Positions 44,780 to 53,366 of a stretch of DNA of 62,294 nucleotides are shown in pieces. The stretch's first letter is position 1. Each line of letters opens with the position of its first letter. The position numbers and the translations under genes were made by a program. A model generated the notes under the pieces. The model searched no databases, was not told the DNA's origin, and saw only the letters and a program-made list of their open reading frames with translations. The DNA is from a virus (lineage: Duplodnaviria; Caudoviricetes): IMG/VR virus record IMGVR_UViG_3300028608_000014, positions 1 to 62,294 of that record; one strand, given 5' to 3'.

Positions 44780-45727
44780 CTAGTCCCCGTAAATGGAAGC
44801 CCCGATGCTCTTTTTGGTTTCCTGGAGGTCCGATACCTCGTGGCCGGAGAAATTCCTTCCGGCTTCTTCGAGAATCGTCTTGGAATAGTCCTTTTCGGCG
44901 GTGACGGCTTCGGCCAGATCCTTGCCGAGCTTTACGGCGTCGAGCACACGGGCCTGGCCGGCGGGCGGAAGGCCGGACTCGGCCAGCTGCTTGGCGACGT
45001 CCAGCGGGTCAACCTCGGGGGCCTTGGCGGCTTCCTCGGCCTCCTTGCGGGCGGTCTCGGCAAGGTCCGCCTTCTCCTTGTCGTCCTTGTCGGCGCGCTC
45101 CACCAGCGTGGCCACGGCGGCGGCGGTCTGCTTGCTGGACTCCACGAGAGCGTCCAGGGCTGCGGCAAGTTCCTTGGGCAGTTCCATTTGTTCCTCTTTC
45201 TTATGGGACTCTGCGTCACTCTCGGAAGCAGAAATCTTGCGCTCGGATTCGAGCAGGGTGTCGAAGCCGCCACCGGCTCCGGGGGTGGTCACCACGTCAA
45301 CGGAGTGCACGGCCGTGAACCGGGCCAGTTCCATGCCGTTGTCGCCTTCGGACATTTCGCCTTCGGCCCGGATCGACATTCCGATAACCCCGGCCTCGGC
45401 ACGTTCCTTGATAAAGTCCTGGTGCTCGGAAAAGAATGTGGCCTTGGCATAAAGGTCTTTCCCGTCGTATTCCGCGTCCTCGGAAAGGTAGCCGATAATG
45501 TCGCGCACCCGGCGTTCCGGCTGGCTCCTTTTATCCTCGGCACTCGGGTGGTTCTCGTAAATCCGGATGCCGCTTCGGAAAAGGCCCTTGCCGGACTCCA
45601 GCGCCTCTTTCGGATACCAGGCCGAGGAGCCCTGCCGGTCGCCCTCAATAATCTTGATGCGCCACGATTTCCCGGTGAGCTGGTCAGGCGCAATTCGCCC
45701 CGCCTCGACAATTTGCTGCACGGACAT
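44780..45727 (-). CDS. capsid maturation protease / scaffold fusion
   Basis: YPKEAL...NHP...IGMSIRA...SVDVVTTPGAGG, plus a helical C-terminus. Confidence 0.85.
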   Translation of the reverse strand: MSVQQIVEAGRIAPDQLTGKSWRIKIIEGDRQGSSAWYPKEALESGKGLFRSGIRIYENHPSAEDKRSQPERRVRDIIGYLSEDAEYDGKDLYAKATFFSEHQDFIKERAEAGVIGMSIRAEGEMSEGDNGMELARFTAVHSVDVVTTPGAGGGFDTLLESERKISASESDAESHKKEEQMELPKELAAALDALVESSKQTAAAVATLVERADKDDKEKADLAETARKEAEEAAKAPEVDPLDVAKQLAESGLPPAGQARVLDAVKLGKDLAEAVTAEKDYSKTILEEAGRNFSGHEVSDLQETKKSIGASIYGD

Positions 45728-45753
45728 AAAGGTGTCTCCAATCCTCGTTTACC

Positions 45754-45773
45754 AGTTTAGCAGTTTGGTATTT
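45754..45773 (-). promoter_or_regulatory. Late-type promoter AAAT-N7-TGC-TAAACT
   Basis: Shared motif. Confidence 0.65.
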
Positions 45774-45813
45774 AGAGAATTGGAGACACAGGAGTAAATA
45801 CTAAAGGGCGCTA

Positions 45814-46551
45814 TTACCCGGTGACCGTCCATCCCTTCGCCGTGGCGATGGACCGGTTACAGGCCCCCGAGCCGGGGGTGCCGCTGATCGTGACGACCGC
45901 GCCGCCCAGCGCCGTGCCGAGGCTGGTGAACAGGGTGTTGAGGCGCGTCGCGTCCAAGTTGCTGTTCTGCACGCTGAAGCTGGCCCGCATTCCGCCCATC
46001 GTCAGGTTGGTCAGCCCCGAGCAACTCTGGAACACGCCGCTGGCGGACGTGACGTTGCCCAGACTCGTGAGGTTCGCGGTCGCGAAGGGGCTGCCGCAGT
46101 ACGCGAACATCTCGAAGATGTCCGTGGCGGCAGGCAGGTCAAGCGTCGCGCTAGTCAGCAAGTGTGCACCGCCATTCGGCGAGAACGTGGACCGCAGGGT
46201 CTGCGCCGCGCTGAAATTCCACGGCGGCAGGGCGGTAATCTTCTTGACACCGAAGAATGCCCCGTTGAAGTTCGTCACGTTTGAGGTGTTCCATGCCGGG
46301 ACGGTGGCCAGCAACGTGTCGTTCCTGAAAATGTCGATGAGCGAGGTGGCACTGGACGTGTCGATCATGGGCGCTTCGACCAGCGCTGGCAGGTCCTTAA
46401 ACAGGCCGGTCAGCGAAGTCTGTCCGGCGGTGTTGAGGGGGAACGGAATCTTGTCGATCAAGTTGAGCAGGACCGTCTGCCCTGCCGTGGGCGTGCGGGT
46501 GGCGGCGGGTACGGCCTGAAATCCGCTTGCGGTCTTGATGTAGAAGGTCAT
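45814..46551 (-). CDS. BspA/DUF285-like leucine-rich-repeat protein
   Basis: Repeats DTSSATSLIDIF / WNTSNVTNFNGAF / WNFSAAQTLRSTF; C-terminal ATAKGWTV. Confidence 0.7.
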   Translation of the reverse strand: MTFYIKTASGFQAVPAATRTPTAGQTVLLNLIDKIPFPLNTAGQTSLTGLFKDLPALVEAPMIDTSSATSLIDIFRNDTLLATVPAWNTSNVTNFNGAFFGVKKITALPPWNFSAAQTLRSTFSPNGGAHLLTSATLDLPAATDIFEMFAYCGSPFATANLTSLGNVTSASGVFQSCSGLTNLTMGGMRASFSVQNSNLDATRLNTLFTSLGTALGGAVVTISGTPGSGACNRSIATAKGWTVTG

Positions 46552-46554
46552 GGC

Positions 46555-46941
46555 TCAGCCCGCCGTGTTGAAGAACAGGTCGTAGGTGGCGGCGTTCGCG
46601 GGCTGCACCGAGCCGATCCAGTAGACGGCGGCCACTCCGGAGGGCCGGGCAACGTTCGCGTCCGCGCCATGGCTCACGGTAACTATGACGTTCGACGGCG
46701 CAGTGCCTGCTGGACCTGCTGGCCCCGCCGCTCCGGTGGCTCCGGGACTTCCGGCAGGGCCAGCCGGGCCGGGGACGGTTGAGGCAGCCCCAGCAGGCCC
46801 CTGCGGTCCAGGTACAGTGGATGCGGCCCCGGCAGGCCCGGCAGGCCCGGCGGGGCCTGCCGGGCCTGGTGTGGCAACCAGTTCGGCTTTGATCTTCTCC
46901 AGCTTGCGGGCAATCATCAGGTCGGTGAATGCGTTGGACAT
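46555..46941 (-). CDS. collagen-like (Gly-X-Y) fibre protein
   Basis: GPAGPAGPAG...GPQGPAG repeats; C-terminal ARP...VYWIG..P...D module. Confidence 0.85.
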   Translation of the reverse strand: MSNAFTDLMIARKLEKIKAELVATPGPAGPAGPAGPAGAASTVPGPQGPAGAASTVPGPAGPAGSPGATGAAGPAGPAGTAPSNVIVTVSHGADANVARPSGVAAVYWIGSVQPANAATYDLFFNTAG

Positions 46942-46955
46942 TGGGTGTTCTCCTT

Positions 46956-48494
46956 CTAAACTTTCGCGCCGGAACGCCCGGCCCTGGTGGCGTCCGAACG
47001 GTAGGAGTTGTCCCCGTTGGAAGGGTTGTAGTTGTCCGGCTGCTCGGCGGCCTTGGCCTTCATCTCGGCGTCGGCCTTCGCCTGCTCGGCCTGTTTGGTC
47101 ATCTGCAGGATCAGGTTGCCCAGTTGCTCCTCGGTGGGCACAGCGGAGTCCAGATCGAGGTCGAAGGCATGGATGAGCATGTCCCGGACCTCCTCGGCGG
47201 AGAACACGTTCAGCGCGGCGGCCTGGACAATGGACTGGATCTGCCGGTAGACGGCCTCCTCGCTGATCTTGGGGAACTTCACCTCGATGTCCATGCCGAA
47301 GTAGGTGAAGACCTGTTCGAAGAACGCCTTGTGCTCGGCCTGGCGTTCCTTGAAGATCTTCTCGTTGGTTCCGGTCAGGGTCTCGGCCGAGGCGCGGTTG
47401 GCTTCCCCGGCGTCGGCCGTCAGTTCGTTCAGCGGCACGTTCAGGCCGGCCGCGACGTACCCGGCCAGCGGGATGCCCGCCTTGAAGTCCACCGAGCCTC
47501 CCGTGCGGCCCAGCGCGGAGATGGTGGCCCCCTGCGAGGCGAGGAAGGTGGCCCCGACATGGTTGGGCTCGCCCGTGTGCGGGTCCAGCGTGGGGCTGGT
47601 GCCCACCTTGGCCGCCGCCGCCCTGACGGTGGAGGTGGCCGGGGCCGTGACCTTGAAGGCGTACCGGGCGTAGGACTTCACCAGCGAGGCCTGGGTCTCA
47701 AGGAACTCCTTGTGCGCCTTGGCCCAGCTCATGACCGAGAGCACGTCGGGGACGCCCCAGCGCCAGCCGGACTGCTTGTTGGGGTTGGACACCGCGATGG
47801 CGCTGGACCAGTCCACCGGCTTGCCTCGCCAGCGGCGCGGGCGGCCGTAGACCTCGGCGTCGTAGTCGGTGGCCGGGTAGTACACAGTGTTGTGCTCCAC
47901 CACATCGGTGCTCTCATCGGTCTGGGAGGAGACCACGGAGTCCCACTCGCGCCGGTAGAACCAGATCTCCTCGAAATTGTCCGGGTTGTTGATGGTCCCG
48001 GTGATCTGGTGCAGCGGGATTCGCTGGACGCGGGGCTTGGGCAGCTTGGTCAGCAGCAGGAAGAAATTGCCGTCGGTGCCCAGGCACATCTCCATCTCGG
48101 AGTGCGCCTTGGGCGAGACCAGCCACTTCTTGTTGTCCGGGAACTCGAAGAACTCCTTGTAGCTCTCCGCGCCCTTGAACTCCACGCCGCCGCCCCAGAT
48201 GTAGGCGGTGCGCACGTTCATGCCGCGCTTGACCAGCGGGTTGATGGTGACCAGCGCCCGGGTGATGACGGAGTTCTTCTTGGCTGACTCCAGCGGGTAC
48301 TCGGTGCCGTTGTAGTCCTCGCCCAGCGGCTTCCAGCCGATGTCCTCCATGCGCAGCAGCGCGTCCCGGAGGGATTCCTGCAGGTATTCCAGGCCGTTCT
48401 GCAGGGCGGTGTTATTCTCCCGGAGTTCGGCAAGCTCGCGCAGGGAGGAGGGTGCTTCCGCAAGCTTTACCTGCGTGCGACGGTTCCTGGCCAA
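46956..48494 (-). CDS. portal protein
   Basis: 512 aa directly after the terminase; NPLVKRG...DGNFF...GVPD. Confidence 0.85.
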   Translation of the reverse strand: MARNRRTQVKLAEAPSSLRELAELRENNTALQNGLEYLQESLRDALLRMEDIGWKPLGEDYNGTEYPLESAKKNSVITRALVTINPLVKRGMNVRTAYIWGGGVEFKGAESYKEFFEFPDNKKWLVSPKAHSEMEMCLGTDGNFFLLLTKLPKPRVQRIPLHQITGTINNPDNFEEIWFYRREWDSVVSSQTDESTDVVEHNTVYYPATDYDAEVYGRPRRWRGKPVDWSSAIAVSNPNKQSGWRWGVPDVLSVMSWAKAHKEFLETQASLVKSYARYAFKVTAPATSTVRAAAAKVGTSPTLDPHTGEPNHVGATFLASQGATISALGRTGGSVDFKAGIPLAGYVAAGLNVPLNELTADAGEANRASAETLTGTNEKIFKERQAEHKAFFEQVFTYFGMDIEVKFPKISEEAVYRQIQSIVQAAALNVFSAEEVRDMLIHAFDLDLDSAVPTEEQLGNLILQMTKQAEQAKADAEMKAKAAEQPDNYNPSNGDNSYRSDATRAGRSGAKV

Positions 48495-48537
48495 TGAAAC
48501 TCCTAAAGTCCGAGGCTAAAAGGAATAGCCATTCCCC

Positions 48538-48557
48538 AGTTTATCAAGTGGGTATTT
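48538..48557 (-). promoter_or_regulatory. Late-type promoter AAAT-N7-TGA-TAAACT
   Basis: Shared motif. Confidence 0.65.
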
Positions 48558-48580
48558 AGTGATTTCTTCGTACAGGGTTA

Positions 48581-50074
48581 TCAATACATCGAAATAGACA
48601 TTTCCTGCTCGGCCAGAAATTGCTCCATGCCGATCTCGAAGGTTTCCCCGATTTTCAGTTTCGACACCGGATCTTTCGGGTCCACCGGCAGGTCCGCGCA
48701 GGCGTACATGGCCGCGTCGGCAAAGTCGGGGGACTTCACGCCGCGCCGGATCATGTCATCCTTGGACTCGATCTGGACGGCCCCGCGCGGGCTGAATTTG
48801 TACTGGATGCCCTCCAGCTCCTCCTTCAGGGACTTGTCGCCGTACTCCATGTCGATGTGGCCGGTGGCCATCTTCTCGCGCAGGGTGTCGTAGGCGTAGG
48901 CGCGGTAGTTGGCCCACTTGTCCAGGTCCGGGGACGCCGCATTGCCCACCAGGCCGATGGTCTCCCAGCGCGAAATGGCCAGCCGGGTCACCTGGTCATA
49001 GACGCCCGCGCCGATGCCCACGCCGTCGATCCGGACCTCATCGACGCCCAGCTTGATGGCCCATTCCACGATCCGCTCGGCCGTCTCCACGGTGTCCTTC
49101 TTGCCCCACTTATCCACCAGGCGGAGCACACCGTCGTGCCAGCTGTAGAGCACCGTGTAGTCCGCGCCGAAGCGGGCGATGTCGCAGCCGAGCTTGGGCT
49201 TGGATTCCGGGTCAGGCCGCAGCGTGGTGTTGATGGCGTTGGCCAGGGTCTTCTGGCTGAACAGCGTGTTGATGCCCTGGCCGGGGAACTCGCCCAGCAC
49301 CTTGGACATGTAACGGGCCGAGTCCTCGCCCCACTCGCGCTTCTTCTCCTCCACCCATTCGGGGGAGATCAGGCCGTCCTTGGCGTCCTCGGGCAGGTAC
49401 TCCCCGGTGAAGTTGGGGGTATCGAAGGCCGAGATGGTGATCTTGGACCAGCCGTTGTCGTCGTCCGCGAAGATCTTGCCCAGCTCGGAGGCGGGATCAT
49501 CGGGGTTGGCGATGGCCAGGATGCGGTCATTTTTACCCGTGGTGATGGTGGCAACGCCGGTCCACAGCGATTCCGCGATGCCGCAGGCCTCATCGAGCAC
49601 CGCGAGGACACCCTGCCGGCGGTGGATGCCCTGGAAGCCGTGCTGATTGGTGTCCGAGGGCTTGCGGCCGAAGCCCACGATACGGCCGCCGACGTCCTTC
49701 CACTCATCGTCCATGGTGATCTTGCCGGGCAGGTCGTACTTGGCCGACAGGGTGCGCAGGTACTCCCAGAGGATCTTGTTGACCTGCTCATAGGTGGGCG
49801 CGGTGGAGACCACGATGGCGTCCAGCTCGATCCGGGTGTCCACCCACCAGGCGATGACCACCGAGGCGGTGAAGGACTTGCCCGAGGCGTGGCAGGACTT
49901 GACCGCCGTTTTCTTGTTGGCGATCAGTGAGTTGGCGATCTCGATCTGCTTGGACCACAGGTGGATGCCGAGCCGCTCCCGCGCCCAGAGCGCGATGTCA
50001 TGCCGGTAGCAGTCCAGTTTCTGGCGGTGCGCGAGCCCGAGGGCCGCGCCCTGCATGGCCGCATGGATGCTCAT
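48581..50074 (-). CDS. terL: terminase large subunit
   Basis: SCHASGKS Walker A, LDEA Walker B, GCDIARFG and SPDFADA nuclease motifs. Confidence 0.95.
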   Translation of the reverse strand: MSIHAAMQGAALGLAHRQKLDCYRHDIALWARERLGIHLWSKQIEIANSLIANKKTAVKSCHASGKSFTASVVIAWWVDTRIELDAIVVSTAPTYEQVNKILWEYLRTLSAKYDLPGKITMDDEWKDVGGRIVGFGRKPSDTNQHGFQGIHRRQGVLAVLDEACGIAESLWTGVATITTGKNDRILAIANPDDPASELGKIFADDDNGWSKITISAFDTPNFTGEYLPEDAKDGLISPEWVEEKKREWGEDSARYMSKVLGEFPGQGINTLFSQKTLANAINTTLRPDPESKPKLGCDIARFGADYTVLYSWHDGVLRLVDKWGKKDTVETAERIVEWAIKLGVDEVRIDGVGIGAGVYDQVTRLAISRWETIGLVGNAASPDLDKWANYRAYAYDTLREKMATGHIDMEYGDKSLKEELEGIQYKFSPRGAVQIESKDDMIRRGVKSPDFADAAMYACADLPVDPKDPVSKLKIGETFEIGMEQFLAEQEMSISMY

Positions 50075-50304
50075 TCGCTCTCCCTCACCACCTTCAGGTG
50101 GTACTGCAGAGTCTCGAACGCGGCGGTGTCCTCATACACGTCCCACATCAGGTGCAGCAGGTCCAGCGTCAGGCCGTAGGAGTTGCCCATTGCAGCGAAC
50201 AGCCGGGTCTTGATGGCGGCCCAGTCCGGCTCCGCGCCGTCGCGTGCGTAGAACAGGTCCAGGATCTCGCAGGCGTCGGGGGTGAAATGCTCGGCCGCGC
50301 TCAT
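50071..50304 (-). CDS. hypothetical protein between the terminase subunits
   Basis: ATGA overlaps on both sides. Confidence 0.75.
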   Translation of the reverse strand: MSAAEHFTPDACEILDLFYARDGAEPDWAAIKTRLFAAMGNSYGLTLDLLHLMWDVYEDTAAFETLQYHLKVVRESE

Positions 50305-50852
50305 GCTCCCTGCTCCTCGGGGTGCGCCGAGAGGGCCTTCTGCGCCTCGGCAAGGAAGGTGGTGTCGAAGTTGTCCAGTACCTCGCCCCGGATGGCCTTC
50401 AGGGTCTTGCCCTTGTCAAAGGCGATCTCCAGCTGCTGCTTGAAGTTGCCCTGCAGCGTCATCATGGCGTTCAGAATGATCTGTGTCTGGGCCTTGGTCA
50501 GTTCCACCAGGGCGTCCTGGGCCTCGGTCTTACGGGCCTTGTTCAGCGCCTGCAGGGCCTCGATCCGGTCGAAAATCTTCAGGAACAGTTCCAGATCCTC
50601 GGCCGTGGCGGCGGAATTGGCCCGCTGGTGTGCCATCACGAGGAGCTTTTCGAGCCGGATCAGGTGCAATACCCACTGTTCCTCGGGGCTCATCACCGCG
50701 CGGGACTCGATGTATTCTTTCCACGCCCGCACAGCCTCATCGACGGAAATGTCCTGCTCGGTCGCAATTTCCTCGAAGGTATAACCCTCGCTGCGGCGGT
50801 CCACCACAATCGTGGTGAGCATATCCACGGTGTTTTCGATGTTTTCCGCCAT
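50301..50852 (-). CDS. terminase small subunit (HTH)
   Basis: RRSEGYTFEEIA HTH; upstream of terL; leaderless -10 TAAGCT. Confidence 0.7.
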   Translation of the reverse strand: MAENIENTVDMLTTIVVDRRSEGYTFEEIATEQDISVDEAVRAWKEYIESRAVMSPEEQWVLHLIRLEKLLVMAHQRANSAATAEDLELFLKIFDRIEALQALNKARKTEAQDALVELTKAQTQIILNAMMTLQGNFKQQLEIAFDKGKTLKAIRGEVLDNFDTTFLAEAQKALSAHPEEQGA

Positions 50853-50914
50853 GGAACCAGCTTATTACAAATGCACATCTGCAATTCATAAATACAGAGG
50901 CATCAATTACAAAG

Positions 50915-50948
50915 CAAAAGGCTCCGGCCCTTATGAGGGCCGGAGCCT
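50915..50948 (-). terminator. Intrinsic terminator
   Basis: AGGCTCCGGCCC/GGGCCGGAGCCT followed by TTTG. Confidence 0.75.
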
Positions 50949-50985
50949 GCGCCCGGATGGCATGGGGGTTACCGGACGCAGGGGC

Positions 50986-51060
50986 TCAGATGCGCCGGAC
51001 CAGCAGAACAATCAGCACGATGATGGCAACAACGACGAGTATGTACATCAGGTTGTCCAT
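50986..51060 (-). CDS. 24-aa hydrophobic peptide MDNLMYILVVVAIIVLIVLLVRRI
   Basis: -10 TAAACT 6 nt upstream (leaderless); own terminator; not in the supplied ORF track. Confidence 0.6.
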   Translation of the reverse strand: MDNLMYILVVVAIIVLIVLLVRRI

Positions 51061-51139
51061 GGATTCAGTTTACAGGACTCGATACAGAACCCCGCCGCGC
51101 CGATAAGCACCCTTATGACAAGCTGGCGGCCCGGAAAGC

Positions 51140-51760
51140 GCCGCTGACCTGCAGCAACACGCCCGTTAAAGCAGCAAAGCCCGGACCTTGGCGGAGTCCG
51201 GGCTACTGTGTTGCTTACCAATAAAAATTGAATAACTAGAGTCTATCGTAAGGTCTTGGCGGACAACACGATAGGTCCAGGGCGGCGTGTCGGAAAAACG
51301 CCGGGCAGTCCCTGCGGGAACCACGGGCAACCGTGGCGGACGTGTCCCAGCGGCTAACCCACCGCGTGTAGCGAGAGGCCCAATTGAAGGCCAGAGGGGT
51401 TTCCTAGAGCAGTCCCCTGCGCGTAAAGGCAGACCAGGAGCGACGAGGGCGCAGCGGTGCGCCTTGCCGGGGAGGCGGTGTGCCCCGGAGGCGACTGCTC
51501 ATACCCCGGTCCTGCGCTCCGAGTAATCCCCGAAGCGACGGCGAAAAATTTTTTCGTCGGCCCCCTGCAGGGGGGCTACTCTGTCGTGAATACCTCACCT
51601 CCACGACAGGGGCTCCCGCCCCAGGCCCTGGCGGGCCTCCCCCGGCAGCCGCACCGCGCAAGCGCGGCCCGGCACGTAGGTCTTGTCCCACCTAACGCTG
51701 GACTACTAAGGGTGGAGACTTTCAAAAGGTGACCCACCTTAAGTGACGCGCGCGCGAAAA
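51140..51760 (+). other. Putative Rep-independent (RNA-controlled) prophage replication origin
   Basis: Non-coding, adjacent to parAB; two TTGGCG-loop hairpins; T-tract plus G-tract. Confidence 0.4.
51172..51235 (-). ncRNA. Candidate Inc/Cop-like antisense RNA (CGCCAA loop)
   Basis: -10 TAGACT at 51240-51245; AU-rich tail; 9-bp stem with CCGCCAAG loop followed by UUU. Confidence 0.45.
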
Positions 51761-51767
51761 ACCGTGC

Positions 51768-51956
51768 TCATTCTTCCGAATCGAGCACGAAGAACAGCCC
51801 ATCAGCAACCGCTTCCTCGACCCAGAATCTGGTCCTGGGTGTTGTCCGTTGCCGGGCGATTTCCTCCAGCCGGGCCCTGTCATTGCCGACGGAGTACACC
51901 ATCCGTCCGGTGCCGTCCGTCCGCTCCGCCATCAGCAGGTACCTGTACTCAGCCAT
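51768..51956 (-). CDS. hypothetical protein, last gene of the par operon
   Basis: GGAGGG RBS; overlaps the partner gene. Confidence 0.7.
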   Translation of the reverse strand: MAEYRYLLMAERTDGTGRMVYSVGNDRARLEEIARQRTTPRTRFWVEEAVADGLFFVLDSEE

Positions 51957-52239
51957 CTGTCCCTCCGAGCAAATGGCCGTATTTTTCCTCCAGCAGCGGC
52001 CACAGCTCGCGCTCCACGAACTTCTGCTGGCTGATCTCCTGCAGGTCCGCCGCGGCCTTCAGCAGCTCCAGCTGGGACTTGCTCAGCCGCAGGTTGAAGC
52101 CGTGGGACTTCGGCTCGCGGTTCCGCTGCTTCCACTTGGGCTCATCGGCCTTGGTGGGCCGCTCCGGCTTCTCGGCCGCGTCCCCGAAGGCCTCGATCTC
52201 CTTCTCCATCTCGGGGGTCGGCTCCCTCATCTTCACCAT
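51949..52239 (-). CDS. ribbon-helix-helix centromere-binding protein (type Ib ParB/ParG-like)
   Basis: Disordered N-terminus; FNLRLS...LLKAAA...SQQKFV RHH pattern; coupled to parA. Confidence 0.75.
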   Translation of the reverse strand: MVKMREPTPEMEKEIEAFGDAAEKPERPTKADEPKWKQRNREPKSHGFNLRLSKSQLELLKAAADLQEISQQKFVERELWPLLEEKYGHLLGGTDG

Positions 52240-52868
52240 GACAGGGCCTCCTGCAGCAGCAGCTGGATCTCGGCTTTGGCCTTGCGATCCCGCGTTTCCA
52301 CCGCTCCCTTGCCATCACCCATCGCCTTGCGGAAGACCTTGCGGTCGTGCAGGACCGTCCTGGCCAGCACCAGATCCGGGTATTTCGTCATGTAGGTGCG
52401 GGCCTCGCCCTCCTCATCGTCCCAAACGTGCGGAGATACCCGATTCAGCACGCCCATGAGCTTCAGGTCCGGGTTGAACTTCCGTGCCTCCTTGACGGTG
52501 GCCAGCAGCGACTTCGAGGTGTCCAGATCCGGCTGGGAGGGCAGCAGCGGTGCCAGCAGCAGATCGCAGGCCGTCATCGCGGTGCGCAGTTCCTTGGAGT
52601 CCTTCCCGGCGGCGTCCACCAGCACGACGTCGTGGGCCTTGTCGAGGTTTATCAGTTTGGTGTAGAGGTTGCCGCTTACCTGTTCGGTCTTGATGGGCGC
52701 TCCGCCGGCCTCCACGCGGTCGGCGGCCCAGATGCTGGTCGTGTGCACGGTCGGGTCCGCCTCCACGATGCAGACTTTTCGGCCCCGGCGCTGCAGCTCG
52801 GCGGCGAGGTTGACGGTGATGGTGCTCTTGCCGACGCCGCCCTTGTGGTGGCCGATGAGGATCAGCAC
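52233..52868 (-). CDS. parA: ParA family partition ATPase (short, type Ib)
   Basis: KGGVGKST deviant Walker A, VEADP, VLVDAAG, P..PSQPDL. Confidence 0.93.
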   Translation of the reverse strand: MLILIGHHKGGVGKSTITVNLAAELQRRGRKVCIVEADPTVHTTSIWAADRVEAGGAPIKTEQVSGNLYTKLINLDKAHDVVLVDAAGKDSKELRTAMTACDLLLAPLLPSQPDLDTSKSLLATVKEARKFNPDLKLMGVLNRVSPHVWDDEEGEARTYMTKYPDLVLARTVLHDRKVFRKAMGDGKGAVETRDRKAKAEIQLLLQEALSW

Positions 52869-52870
52869 GG

Positions 52871-53083
52871 CTACTCCCCCGCTTCCGTCGCGGCGCGGTG
52901 CTGCGTCAGGGCATCGAACATGGCGATGAAGTCTGAGGCCCTGGACATGGCCACGGGCCTGGACGGGCCGTAGTCGTCCCAGTGCTCAATGACAAATTCG
53001 AGGTCAACGGCGTCATCGCTGGCGACCAGGGCCTGCGCGACGGCGGTGCGCTCATCGCGGGCATGGTTCGGTTGTGCTCCCAT
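52871..53083 (-). CDS. hypothetical protein, first gene of the par operon
   Basis: CTACACAACCACTAGGGGAGCA RBS. Confidence 0.65.
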   Translation of the reverse strand: MGAQPNHARDERTAVAQALVASDDAVDLEFVIEHWDDYGPSRPVAMSRASDFIAMFDALTQHRAATEAGE

Positions 53084-53110
53084 TTTGCTCCCCTAGTGGT
53101 TGTGTAGTGC

Positions 53111-53340
53111 TTTGGTAGCTGTGCAGTAGCTCTATGGTACCCCTTTGGTAGCTAAAGGGTACCCATAGCGTAGTTATTTCATACCAGAACGGTAGTTGTT
53201 GCATAGCACTACCAAACTAAAACGGTAGCTCTTTGGTATTGATCTGGTAGCACGATGGTAGTTATGTGGTAGTACTCTGGTACCACTTTGATAGTTCTAC
53301 GGTAGCGATTATGGTAGTTCTACGGTAGCGGTAGGGTAGC
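53111..53340. repeat. parS-like centromere: about 20 GGTAG-core repeats at 11-bp period
   Basis: Cores (some degenerate) at 53114, 53125, 53136 ... 53301, then 53313 and 53324; AT-rich; upstream of parA. Confidence 0.8.
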
Positions 53341-53366
53341 TGCCCGTCCGCCGGGCCGCAGGGCAC

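Noticed and set aside
9647-49930. Long opposite-strand ORFs (e.g. 9647-11251, 15579-17135, 27917-30499, 36402-38222, 42863-44599, 46929-48287, 48620-49930)
   Set aside because: They are antisense shadows of well-supported genes in high-GC3 DNA, with no motifs or RBS.
51287-51732. Short ORFs in the putative origin region as a Rep protein
   Set aside because: They are low-complexity Arg/Pro-rich translations with no RBS or Rep motifs.
53111-53340. Repeat array as a CRISPR array
   Set aside because: The 11-bp period with a 5-bp core has no 25-40-bp repeats or spacers; adjacency to parA favours a centromere.
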